Origin: Candidatus Uhrbacteria bacterium CG_4_9_14_3_um_filter_41_35
GTDB taxonomy: Bacteria > Patescibacteriota > Patescibacteriia > UBA9934
NCBI GenBank assembly: GCA_002791275.1
Contig: PFWT01000009.1
Location: 146,548-210,547, forward strand
DNA: 64,000 nt
Direction of reading: 5' to 3'
The notes under the pieces are model-generated. The model worked only from the letters and a program-made list of their open reading frames with translations. It was not told the origin of the DNA and did not search any database. Positions 1 to 9,031 of this stretch are shown here, piece by piece (the stretch's first letter is position 1; each line of letters begins with the position of its first letter). A program made the translations under genes and the position numbers.

Positions 1-522
1 CCAGTTATTATCAAATCTATTTACGGTACGCACGGTCGAGGTGTATTTCTAGCTGAATCACAACGCTCACTTAAACCGATTGTTGAATATCTAACAGTAA
101 AAGAAAAAGGTCCGGTTTCGGTTCAGGAATATATTAAGGAAGCCAAAGGTAAGGATCTCCGAGTTTTCGTACTTGGTAAAAAAATCGTTGCCACTATGGA
201 ACGTGTTGCGAAATCTGGTGAATTTAGAGCTAACTTCCACAAGGGTGGTAGTGTTGGCGTAGCTGACTTAAGCGCTGAAGAAAAGCGAATTTCTATCAAA
301 GCAACCCAGGTTCTTGGTCTTGATATATCTGGAGTTGATATTCTACGAACAAAGTCTGGTCCAAAGATTATCGAGGTAAACTCAAACCCAGGACTTGAAG
401 GAATTTCAAAGGCTTCTGGCATAAACGTGGCCGAAAAAATCGCGAACTTCATTGAACACCGAGTTGAAAAATACGGGCAAACAAGAAAAATTCCGCTTCC
501 AAAAAAACTAATGAAAGAATAG
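1..522 (+). CDS. rimK: RimK-family ATP-grasp alpha-L-glutamate ligase, 5' truncated by window edge
   Basis: Frame open from base 1: PVIIKSIYGTHGRGV...QEYIKEAKGKDLRVFVLG...EFRANFHKGG...GVDILRTKSGPKIIEVNSNPGLEGI. Confidence 0.85.
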   Translation, partial: PVIIKSIYGTHGRGVFLAESQRSLKPIVEYLTVKEKGPVSVQEYIKEAKGKDLRVFVLGKKIVATMERVAKSGEFRANFHKGGSVGVADLSAEEKRISIKATQVLGLDISGVDILRTKSGPKIIEVNSNPGLEGISKASGINVAEKIANFIEHRVEKYGQTRKIPLPKKLMKE

Positions 523-531
523 AAGAAGGCT

Positions 532-912
532 TTAAGCCTTCTTCTTTCTTTCGTTTAAATAATCATGGACAAGTTCAACGTCATGAAATATCTTTTGACG
601 CATTCTTTCTTTTGACTGCCAAGGGATTAACTCGCTCACTTTGAACAATAGCTCAACTTTAAGGTCTTCCCCTAAAAGGTCGCTATCGAGTTCGAATAAG
701 TGGACTTCAAATTTCACCGGATCGCCAACTCCGTAACAAACCACGCTCTCAAATTTTTGACCTTTGTACTCAGTGATCGCGGCATAAACGCCAGTATCAA
801 TATCCGGCTCCTTAATGAAGTGAAGATTAGCTGTTGGAAAATCATAATCCACACCCGCAATCCCATCACCGGCAACAACTTTTCCATGGAACTTAATACT
901 TTTTTCAGTCAT
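532..912 (-). CDS. Stand-alone riboflavin kinase domain (RibF C-terminal-like)
   Basis: GKVVAGDG...FPTANL...GVYAA...EVHLF...DLLG motifs; no FAD synthetase domain. Confidence 0.8.
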   Translation of the reverse strand: MTEKSIKFHGKVVAGDGIAGVDYDFPTANLHFIKEPDIDTGVYAAITEYKGQKFESVVCYGVGDPVKFEVHLFELDSDLLGEDLKVELLFKVSELIPWQSKERMRQKIFHDVELVHDYLNERKKKA

Positions 913-1045
913 TAGAAAGTTTCAATTAAAGTTTTCCATATATTTATAGCAAAAGTCTAACAAGAAACCGAAAATTTAGCCAGTAAATAAATAACTATTA
1001 CGCTAGAATTAGCCAACTTCTCTAAGGGGGATATTTGTGCTAGGC

Positions 1046-1074
1046 TTGACATAAGTGGAGTTTTAGGGTAAGTT
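1046..1074 (+). promoter_or_regulatory. sigma70-type promoter for ORF 1107
   Basis: TTGACA-17nt-TAAGTT, then AGGAGG at 1096-1101. Confidence 0.65.
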
Positions 1075-1106
1075 CAGCGGTCATTTACTTCATATAGGAG
1101 GAAAGA

Positions 1107-1445
1107 ATGATTGAAACACCAGTGATGTGGAGCATTATGCTCTACGTCAAAATCAAAACGCTCGGCAAGAGCGTTAACAGGACGAAGCTGCGCTTCGTGT
1201 ACACAACACTGTTGTGCTACACGATGGATAGCACGCAAATCGGGGAGATGACAAGTTCGTCATCGACTCACAGGCACATCAAAACGGTCAAGGATCTCAT
1301 CGATCACTTGACCGAAACGGAGGAGGTTCATATGGAGCGCGTTATCAAAAAAAACGCGCTCGAATGGGACCAACGCGTTAAGCGCTGGTTCGGAGAAAAA
1401 AACACGGAAAACCTCCGTGAACAGAGTTTGTTCTCCAGAGAATAA
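1107..1445 (+). CDS. Hypothetical protein (ORFan)
   Basis: 112-aa ORF with promoter, AGGAGG SD and downstream terminator. Confidence 0.7.
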   Translation: MIETPVMWSIMLYVKIKTLGKSVNRTKLRFVYTTLLCYTMDSTQIGEMTSSSSTHRHIKTVKDLIDHLTETEEVHMERVIKKNALEWDQRVKRWFGEKNTENLREQSLFSRE

Positions 1446-1447
1446 AC

Positions 1448-1483
1448 AAAAGAGCGGTCCCACTAAGGACCGCTCTATTTTTT
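1448..1483. terminator. Bidirectional intrinsic terminator
   Basis: AGAGCGGTCC-cactaa-GGACCGCTCT flanked by A and T tracts between convergent genes. Confidence 0.8.
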
Positions 1484-2054
1484 ATGATGTTATTCCTTTG
1501 ATTCCCCCACTTTTTTGTGCTCGTGGTGCTTTAATTCTATCTTTTGAAGAACCTCTACCCACTTCCTGATCCTGTACCATAGCATTTTCCACAGTTAGAA
1601 TTGCCGATACCATATTTTGCTCGTCGATCTCATTCTGTTTCTGTGTGATTTTTTGCTCTAAGTCTCGAGCTGTTTTATTTCCAACTATTCTTGACCAGAA
1701 AGTTTTTGGTGCCTGTTTTGCATCTGCTAATTGTGCCTCTAATTTAGCAAGCTCACCCTGCAATTTTTCAACCTTTTGTTTAGCTTCTGAATAGGCTTTT
1801 TGCTGTTCCAAAGTAATACCTTTTTCAGCTGTTTCCGTTGCCGCATAAAGTCCTTCAAGCGCCTCCATTTCTCTTTCCGCCTTTTCAGCGTCTAGTGCCT
1901 CTGCTTCTGCACTTTCTAAAGCTATGCTCTTAGCATGTTCATCAAGTGATTCGTCAAAAAAATCAACTTCATCTTGAGGGCCTCTTTCTTTAGACTTTTT
2001 GAATTCACGATTCTCTCGTGGACTTTCCATTCCTGTAACGCCACCAACTACCAT
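1482..2054 (-). CDS. Hypothetical coiled-coil protein
   Basis: 190-aa E/K/Q/A-rich ORF with heptad character. Confidence 0.7.
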   Translation of the reverse strand: MVVGGVTGMESPRENREFKKSKERGPQDEVDFFDESLDEHAKSIALESAEAEALDAEKAEREMEALEGLYAATETAEKGITLEQQKAYSEAKQKVEKLQGELAKLEAQLADAKQAPKTFWSRIVGNKTARDLEQKITQKQNEIDEQNMVSAILTVENAMVQDQEVGRGSSKDRIKAPRAQKSGGIKGITS

Positions 2055-2138
2055 ATAATTATTGATTAAAGGTATTAATTACTATTAGCTTAACAAATAC
2101 ACAGTATTTTGTGAATAGTCTTATTCACAAAATAACCT

Positions 2139-2167
2139 TTGACGACAGACGGTTTTTTTCGTAGAAT
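2139..2167 (+). promoter_or_regulatory. sigma70 promoter of glmS
   Basis: TTGACG-17nt-TAGAAT; perfect 13-bp inverted repeat at 2105-2134 just upstream. Confidence 0.65.
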
Positions 2168-2247
2168 GCGCCCATAGCATGATTTGTTTGATAGAAAATT
2201 TCAATATCAACATTATTGTACTCTTACTTTCTTATAACCCCTAAATT

Positions 2248-4074
2248 ATGTGCGGAATCGTTGGATTTATTGGTAAGGAACCGGCAGTTGGTCATCTACT
2301 TAGTGGGCTGACTATTTTAGAAAATAGAGGCTACGACTCAGCTGGAATTACAACTATAGACTCAAACGGCGAACTCGTAACCACAAAATTCGCTAGTGTT
2401 GGCAGTACAAGCGACGCAATTGAAGCACTTCGGTCTAAAAAAGATGTACACGGCTCACACCCTGTTGGAATCGCCCACACTCGCTGGGCTACGCATGGCG
2501 GAAAGACGGATGCAAACGCTCACCCGCACCACGATTATAAAGACCGGATCTCGCTAGTTCATAACGGGGTTATTGAAAACGCCAATAAACTCCGAGAACA
2601 GCTAAAATCAAAAGGTATTGCTTTTAAATCAGAAACCGATACCGAGGTAATCTCGCAGTTAATCGGTAGCTATTTAGACCACGGCACACCACTCATTGGT
2701 GCTATTAAGGGCGCACTGAGTGAGCTTGAGGGAACTTGGGGTTTGGTTATTATTAGTAAAGAGGCGCCAGATCAAATTATCGCAGCCAGAAACGGTAGTC
2801 CGATTGTGGTTGGAATTGGTCAGGGCCGAATGTTTGTGGCTTCAGAACCAGCGGCGTTTGGTCAATTTACAAAGGACTTTATCGCTCTTGATAATGGAGA
2901 GATCGCCATAATTAAAACAACTGGTCACTCACTCGACCTTTCCCGTGTTGAAAAAGCACCAGACGAAATCATTCACGATTCACCAGACCCATTTCCCCAC
3001 TGGACGATTCGCGAAATTACTGAGCAACCTGAAGCTATTTCTCGAGCCTTAAATTACGGCGGACGAATTAAAGATGATGCCAACGTAAAACTCGGCGGAC
3101 TGGATGTGAAGGCTGATTGGTTAATGTCGATTAAACATCTCGTTATTGCAGCTTGCGGAACCAGCTACCACTCTGCGCTCTATGGCGCTAGAGTAATGCG
3201 TTCACTTGGCGCTTTTGATACGATTCAGGTTTTTGACGCCGCGGAAATGAGCCGAGACAACTTTCCTAAAGCAGATGGTGGACTTTTGGTAATCTCACAG
3301 TCAGGAGAAACCAAAGACGTACACCGCGTGGTAGTTAATGCTGAAAAGTCTGGTATCCCTTGCTTTTCAATCGTTAACGCAGTTGGTTCATTAATTGCAA
3401 GACAGACTGAGTGCGGTGTTTATCTAAACGCTGGCCGAGAACACGCTGTGGCGTCTACCAAGGCTTTCGTAACTCAGGTGACAGTGCTTAGCCTGATCGC
3501 CAATTGGTTCGCTCAGAATCGAGATACGGAAGAACAGCAACGGAGACGACTTATTGAAAGCATTCACCGTCTACCAACCAGCGTTGGTATGTCGATCGGA
3601 GTTCGGGAGCAGTGTAAAGCGATCGCTGAGAAATTGATCGACGCCGAACACTGTTTTGTGCTCGGTAAAGGTTTTGCTGAACCAATCGCCCGTGAAGGCG
3701 CACTCAAAATTAAGGAAATTACCTATTTACACGCTGAAGGCTACCCAGGTGGCGCACTCAAGCACGGTCCATTTGCGCTTATCGAGGAAGGGACGCCAAT
3801 TATTCTAATGATCCTCGACGACTCACACGCTCACTTCATGCGCACCGCAGCCGAAGAGGTGCGTGCGCGAGGAGCATACACGATTGTTATTACCGATAAA
3901 AAAGAACTGGCAGAAGGCGTAGCTGATGACGTGATAGTTATTCCAAACGACGGTCCAATGACCGCCCTTCTCTCAGTTGTCCCAATGCAACTCATCGCTT
4001 ACGAGCTAGCAGTGCTCCGAGGCATTAACCCAGACAAACCAAGAAACCTAGCAAAAGCGGTTACAGTAGATTAA
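2248..4074 (+). CDS. glmS: Glutamine--fructose-6-phosphate aminotransferase
   Basis: MCGIVG N-terminus, RGYDSAG, HTRWATHG, SQSGET, ASTKAF, LKHGP, PRNLAKAVTVD. Confidence 0.98.
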   Translation: MCGIVGFIGKEPAVGHLLSGLTILENRGYDSAGITTIDSNGELVTTKFASVGSTSDAIEALRSKKDVHGSHPVGIAHTRWATHGGKTDANAHPHHDYKDRISLVHNGVIENANKLREQLKSKGIAFKSETDTEVISQLIGSYLDHGTPLIGAIKGALSELEGTWGLVIISKEAPDQIIAARNGSPIVVGIGQGRMFVASEPAAFGQFTKDFIALDNGEIAIIKTTGHSLDLSRVEKAPDEIIHDSPDPFPHWTIREITEQPEAISRALNYGGRIKDDANVKLGGLDVKADWLMSIKHLVIAACGTSYHSALYGARVMRSLGAFDTIQVFDAAEMSRDNFPKADGGLLVISQSGETKDVHRVVVNAEKSGIPCFSIVNAVGSLIARQTECGVYLNAGREHAVASTKAFVTQVTVLSLIANWFAQNRDTEEQQRRRLIESIHRLPTSVGMSIGVREQCKAIAEKLIDAEHCFVLGKGFAEPIAREGALKIKEITYLHAEGYPGGALKHGPFALIEEGTPIILMILDDSHAHFMRTAAEEVRARGAYTIVITDKKELAEGVADDVIVIPNDGPMTALLSVVPMQLIAYELAVLRGINPDKPRNLAKAVTVD

Positions 4075-4134
4075 ATAGTGTTAAGAGTTTAGCGCAATAA
4101 GGGTGATCAATGACAAAAAGAAACCACAAACCCC

Positions 4135-4449
4135 GTCATTCTGAGGTGAACGTGGATCACACCGAAGAATCTAGTGATAAATTACTAAGTAAATGTCGGT
4201 TAAGCACAGAGCGAAGGAGATCCTTCAGCATGAATCAGCACCCGCTTCAGGATGACGGTATGAGTGAAATGCGGTTTATTTAAGGCGACAGGAAATATAA
4301 ATTACACAATCACACAAACCTCGTCATTCTGAGCCTAGCGTGAATCACGGCGAAGAATCTCAGTGTTGAATTACAGCGTAAACAAGTTTCTGTTTTGTAA
4401 AGAGCGAAGGAGATCCTTTAGCGTAATCTGGCGCTCGCTTCAGGATGAC
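4135..4449. repeat. REP/BIME-like palindromic repeat array 1 (4 units, two inverted pairs)
   Basis: GTCATTCTGAG...GAAGAATCT at 4135-4172 and 4323-4360; AGATCCTT...CTTCAGGATGAC at 4218-4256 and 4411-4449. Confidence 0.85.
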
Positions 4450-4494
4450 GGTATAGGTGTGGGTCGAAATAATACAGGTATATTTTAGATCATA

Positions 4495-4538
4495 TTAAAA
4501 CAAATAGGAGACCGCAGGCGGTCTCCTATTTGTTTTAA
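4495..4538. terminator. Bidirectional terminator between glmS and murF
   Basis: TTAAAACAAATAGGAGACCG-cagg-CGGTCTCCTATTTGTTTTAA. Confidence 0.85.
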
Positions 4539-4546
4539 ACTCCAAC

Positions 4547-4577
4547 CCTTATTCGCCCGAAAAGGGTGTGTATAAAA
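4547..4577. repeat. 31-nt dispersed repeat, second copy at 51860-51890
   Basis: CCTTATTCgcCCGAAAAGGGTGTGTATAAAA vs CCTTATTCtaCCGAAAAGGGTGTGTATAAAA. Confidence 0.75.
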
Positions 4578-4621
4578 TATCAGCCTGTATCTATAAGTTA
4601 AATAACTCAAAAACCCTCTCC

Positions 4622-5914
4622 TTATTCATTAAGCCATTTTGGCTCCTGCCGTACCAAAACCTCTGGTGCGCTTAGCGGTTCTGCCATAATATCCTTCACC
4701 ACTTTTTCCATTCGAGCTGACTGTGAGCCCTTTACAAAAACAATGTCACCTTGTTGAACAATGCGATCTAAGTAACGCCCAGCTTCTTCGCTAGTCCCAA
4801 ACCACTCAATACTTTCAGCTCCCATTCCTGCTTCTTTGGCAGAATCTACAGCGCTATGCATAACTTCACCAACCGCCACAAAAATGTCGGCGCTTGTTGC
4901 CACTTGTAAACCGATCATTCTGTGTTCATCGTCTGAATATTGACCGAGTTCTGCCATAGCTCCTAAAACCGCAATCCGACGGTCAACTTCTTCACCTGGC
5001 CTAAACATTTTTAAAATTTTCAGACCGTTTTGCATTGAAGTTGGCGCCGCGTTGTACGAATCATCGATAATAAGTGAACCTTTTATTCCTGGAATTGGGT
5101 TGAGTCGCCCAGGTACCGCGCCGTAATGTTTATTCAGCTCCTTAACCGCGTTCATAACACCAATACCCAAATAGTCAGCTACGGCAATCGCAGCTGCACA
5201 GGCCATTGCTGGCGCGTAGCCGAGTTTATTTTTGAGTTTAAGTTGAGCAATTACTGTACCGTTATGCTCGATGTAAGCGCTAGTGTGCGCAAACACTTCA
5301 CCAGGCTCAAAACTCTCATCCTCTCTAGTTGAGATTGTAATATCCTGAAGCTGGTAATCACTGGCAGTAACTCCGTAAGTCAAAACAGACGCTGTAGTTT
5401 TCTGAGCCATTGCCGATACTCGTTTATCGTCCACGTTCAAAACCGCTAAATTGTCCGAAGCTAAAAAGCCAACAATTGAAGCTTTTTCAGCTGCGATTTC
5501 TTCAATGTTTGTGAAGTATTCTGCGTGAACACTCGAGACTCCAGTCACCACCGCAATACTTGGTTTGGCAATTCCACACAACTTTCCAATATCCCCTGGA
5601 TGATCTGCGCCGTATTCAAGCAAAAGCACGTCTGGCAGTCTCTTCACTTTTCGCGCCCGATTCAGTAACCGAAGCCAGCCCCAAATTGATTTACCGGGAC
5701 TGTTTTCACCTAAAATTGAAAGCGGTACGCCAATTTCATTATTATAATTTTTAACAGTTGATCTTAGGTTAACATAAGGCTCAAGCGCTACCTTAATCGC
5801 TTCTTTTGTTGAAGTTTTACCAACCGAACCGGTTACCGCGATAATAATTGGTTTATGTTTATTCACCAGTTTTCTAACCCTGTTCTGAAGTTTTTTTATT
5901 AAAAATTGTTTCAT
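4622..5914 (-). CDS. murF: UDP-MurNAc-tripeptide D-Ala-D-Ala ligase
   Basis: AVTGSVGKTSTK, NNEIGVP, DDSYNAAP, LGAMAELG, VKGSQ. Confidence 0.93.
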   Translation of the reverse strand: MKQFLIKKLQNRVRKLVNKHKPIIIAVTGSVGKTSTKEAIKVALEPYVNLRSTVKNYNNEIGVPLSILGENSPGKSIWGWLRLLNRARKVKRLPDVLLLEYGADHPGDIGKLCGIAKPSIAVVTGVSSVHAEYFTNIEEIAAEKASIVGFLASDNLAVLNVDDKRVSAMAQKTTASVLTYGVTASDYQLQDITISTREDESFEPGEVFAHTSAYIEHNGTVIAQLKLKNKLGYAPAMACAAAIAVADYLGIGVMNAVKELNKHYGAVPGRLNPIPGIKGSLIIDDSYNAAPTSMQNGLKILKMFRPGEEVDRRIAVLGAMAELGQYSDDEHRMIGLQVATSADIFVAVGEVMHSAVDSAKEAGMGAESIEWFGTSEEAGRYLDRIVQQGDIVFVKGSQSARMEKVVKDIMAEPLSAPEVLVRQEPKWLNE

Positions 5915-5939
5915 ATTGTTTATTATATCTTATCCTACT

Positions 5940-7889
5940 TTAGCCTGCCACCTCAAGCGATCTTGTTGGCGGAACCTGCATATACTGAAGCAAAAAACTA
6001 GCTGTATCGCCGAAAATAGCGGCTGATGTGTACTCAGCCCAAGTCGAAGCCCTTGGATGGTCCAGCATAATCACCATCACAAATGCTGGATCCTCAACCG
6101 GACCATAGCCCGCAAAAGTAGCTTTTGTGTAGTCACCAGGAAAATAACCTCCCCCATTTTCTTTAGCCACCTGTGCGGTTCCAGTTTTTCCCGCTATATA
6201 GTAACCCGGTACCTTTGCTAAATGTGAATGACCATTTTCGACCACCGATACTAACATTGCGCTAATTGTGGTTGATGTCTTTTTTGAAATTACCTGCCGA
6301 ACAACCTGTGGTTTAGTTTCCTCCACTCTACCATCGGCATAGCGTTTTTCAGACACGATATACGGTTTCATTAAAGTCCCGCCATTTGCCAGCGCTGAAT
6401 ATGCAGATGCTAATTGTAAAGGGGTTACGGTAATTCCCTGACCATAACTCGCAGTAGCAAAATAAATATCCGAAATTTTATCAAGGGAAGCTAAATTTCC
6501 TGCCCTCTCATTTATAAGTTCGATCCCTGAGGCAATGCCAAAACCAAAATCGTGTGAATATTTACGCATCGCCTCTTGACCCATTTCTCGCATAGCGAAA
6601 ATCATCCCAGTATTTAAAGACTTTTCAAGGACCTCGGTCATAGTTTGAATACCGTTCGCTTTTTTATTGGAGTTTCTAATTGTGTACTCTTCAAGCTTTA
6701 CTTCCCCAGTGTCGTCGTAGGTCGTGTTTGGAGTAACTGCCCCAACATCAAGAGCAGCTGCCATTACAATAGGTTTATAGACACTACCCGGTTCGTACGG
6801 TGTCGAGATGGCGTCATTGTTATACACACCAATATCATCAACCATATTATAAATATTTGGATCAAAATCAGGCACATTACAAAGTGCTAAAATTTTACCG
6901 GTTTTAGGCTCCATGATTACCAAACTTCCACTATCTGCATCGAAGCGTTCAACTCCTTCTCTTAATTTTTTACAGGCAATATATTGAATGGTTCGATCAA
7001 CTGTGATTAACAAGTCTCCCCCGTCAATCGCTGGTTCAAAAGTTCTTTTACCAACACCAATCCAACGACCAGAAGCATCGGTTTCAGTATTCAGAAAACC
7101 ATTTTCTCCAGCTAAAAATTTATCAAAATAACCTTCAAGTCCATAGAATCCTTCTTTTCCGCCATCGTTATTTCGCCCGACAAAACCAAAAATCTGTCCA
7201 CCAAGATTTGATTCTGGATAAGACCTTGTTTCTTCTAGAACATAATCAATACCCAGGATATCGAGCGCTAATATTTTTTGAAGCGTGTCGTCGTCCACGT
7301 TGCGCGCCACTGGCTCGTACGGGTCGTCACTTTTAGAAAGTCTGGCCAGTAATAGTTCATACTCACTTGGCCCAGTCTCTTCCCCTGTGGCTGTTGTAGT
7401 AGCATCTTGCGCTCCGACCTCAGTTTCTGTTTGAGCAGTGGTCTCCACTTGCGTTTCATCGCCAAATACACCGTCTAAAATTTGAGCTGTTTTTGGAATA
7501 TTAGTGGCTTCTATATTTCGATCGGTAGGTGTGTTTATAACAATTTCATAACCAAGCAGTCTAGCTATCGACTTTGTAGCTTCAACCGGATCTTCAATTT
7601 TTCTAGGATTTGCAAAAATAAAAGCCTTAGGTTCGTTGGTAGCTGCCAGGTATTCATCCTCTCCGCGCCAGTCTTTAACATAAATACTCCCCCTAGACGC
7701 AAACAACTCTTCGTAAAAAGAGTGCTGTCCTTCGGACATGGTTTGGTAAAAATCTGCGTTTACGATCTGTAAAGAAAATAATCTAAAAATAATCACAAAC
7801 GTAAACAGTCCGAAAAATATTCGGATCGATTGCAAACGCCAGTCCCGAGCCTCTGTTCTGTTTTTATACTTAGCTATCGCCATAGCCAA
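5940..7889 (-). CDS. ftsI: Class B penicillin-binding protein (FtsI/PBP3-like)
   Basis: TM then RGSI; EPGSVYK (SxxK), SLN (SxN), KTGTAQ; adjacent to murF. Confidence 0.88.
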   Translation of the reverse strand: MAMAIAKYKNRTEARDWRLQSIRIFFGLFTFVIIFRLFSLQIVNADFYQTMSEGQHSFYEELFASRGSIYVKDWRGEDEYLAATNEPKAFIFANPRKIEDPVEATKSIARLLGYEIVINTPTDRNIEATNIPKTAQILDGVFGDETQVETTAQTETEVGAQDATTTATGEETGPSEYELLLARLSKSDDPYEPVARNVDDDTLQKILALDILGIDYVLEETRSYPESNLGGQIFGFVGRNNDGGKEGFYGLEGYFDKFLAGENGFLNTETDASGRWIGVGKRTFEPAIDGGDLLITVDRTIQYIACKKLREGVERFDADSGSLVIMEPKTGKILALCNVPDFDPNIYNMVDDIGVYNNDAISTPYEPGSVYKPIVMAAALDVGAVTPNTTYDDTGEVKLEEYTIRNSNKKANGIQTMTEVLEKSLNTGMIFAMREMGQEAMRKYSHDFGFGIASGIELINERAGNLASLDKISDIYFATASYGQGITVTPLQLASAYSALANGGTLMKPYIVSEKRYADGRVEETKPQVVRQVISKKTSTTISAMLVSVVENGHSHLAKVPGYYIAGKTGTAQVAKENGGGYFPGDYTKATFAGYGPVEDPAFVMVIMLDHPRASTWAEYTSAAIFGDTASFLLQYMQVPPTRSLEVAG

Positions 7890-7900
7890 TCTATTTTAAC

Positions 7901-7930
7901 ACAAAACAGGACTTCGTAGTCCTGTTTTGT
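7901..7930 (-). terminator. Intrinsic terminator-like hairpin
   Basis: ACAAAACAGGAC-ttcgta-GTCCTGTTTTGT. Confidence 0.7.
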
Positions 7931-7938
7931 TGAAAAGT

Positions 7939-8370
7939 TTAAGCTTCTTGCAATTCGTCTTCTGAAATTTTGTGGCCAACTGATGCGACAACTTCCCCGC
8001 CAACGATATATTCGGTTACTCTTAAAACAGTACCTTCGTTATTTTCAAATTCACGGTAAGAAATTTTATCTAGTTCCTCGCCATCATCTTTAATTTTTCC
8101 TGCAGTTTCATAAGAGAACTCATAATCGTCACCCCCGTAAACTGCTACATCAGATTCACCATCGATCTCCTCTTCAATATCGGTGAATAAAATTATTTCT
8201 TCTGCATCTTGGTCAAGTGACAGCCACATATCTCCACCATCCTTAATCCAAAAAACCTTTTCTCCGGTTTCCAAACTGACCTCGTCGATTTGACGTGTCT
8301 CAAAAGTAGTACCAGCAACAATAATCGGTTCTTCGTTTAATATTTTTTCTAATGCTTCTTCGATATTCAT
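7939..8370 (-). CDS. Acidic hypothetical protein, possibly DUF4178-like
   Basis: 143 aa, WLSLD and YREF patterns reminiscent of DUF4178. Confidence 0.6.
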   Translation of the reverse strand: MNIEEALEKILNEEPIIVAGTTFETRQIDEVSLETGEKVFWIKDGGDMWLSLDQDAEEIILFTDIEEEIDGESDVAVYGGDDYEFSYETAGKIKDDGEELDKISYREFENNEGTVLRVTEYIVGGEVVASVGHKISEDELQEA

Positions 8371-8448
8371 AAGTATTTTATTGTCAGGTTAGTATAACAA
8401 CATTTATATAGATGTAAACAAGTAAATTATCCACAAACTAAAATTAAA

Positions 8449-9030
8449 TTAAAAATCAATTCCTTCACGCGCCGGTACTCCGGAGTAGAAATAGTGGCGC
8501 TCAGAGCCAACATTTGAAATCAGATTAGCTTCTATTAAAAACTCCGGTGCCGGGTTTCGGCCAGTTAAAACAACTTCCACCCCTTTATTTCTGCTCTTTA
8601 ATACACTAAGCACCACGCTGACGTCAAGCATACCCAAATCAGTTGTTGAATTTATCTCATCGAGCACCACTAAATCATAGTCACCAGTGGTTAAATCCTG
8701 CCGTGCTATTTGCAGTCCACGCTCAGCTTCATCCCTATCTACTTGCTGAATTGAAAAATCAAAGCGTCCAGTAATAGAATGAATCCGGTCCCGACCAGTT
8801 ACTGTGTAATCAATATTTTGAATCTGATCCAAAATCGCTCGTTCACTGTAATGCCCAGCGCCACCCTTATCAAAATATATAATCTTCACCCGTCGACCAG
8901 AACCGGCACACCGAATCGCTGTTCCAAGCGCCGAGGTCGTCTTCCCCTTACCTTCGCCATGCAAAATATGAATAAGACCATAACCCTTAAAACCACGAAT
9001 CCGCTCATCCATTTTGGGTTGTTCTACCAT
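8449..9030 (-). CDS. btuR: Cob(I)alamin adenosyltransferase (BtuR/CobO family)
   Basis: GEGKGKTTSALG, YDLVVLDEI, EVVLTGRN, AREGIDF. Confidence 0.92.
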   Translation of the reverse strand: MVEQPKMDERIRGFKGYGLIHILHGEGKGKTTSALGTAIRCAGSGRRVKIIYFDKGGAGHYSERAILDQIQNIDYTVTGRDRIHSITGRFDFSIQQVDRDEAERGLQIARQDLTTGDYDLVVLDEINSTTDLGMLDVSVVLSVLKSRNKGVEVVLTGRNPAPEFLIEANLISNVGSERHYFYSGVPAREGIDF

Positions 9031-9031
9031 A

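Noticed and set aside
2168-2247. glmS ribozyme
   Set aside because: Leader is about 75 nt and AT-rich; only a GCGCC coincidence, no core structure
4135-4449. CRISPR array (also 46149-46468 and 55659-56090)
   Set aside because: Units alternate in orientation, are degenerate, linkers recur between loci, and there are no cas genes
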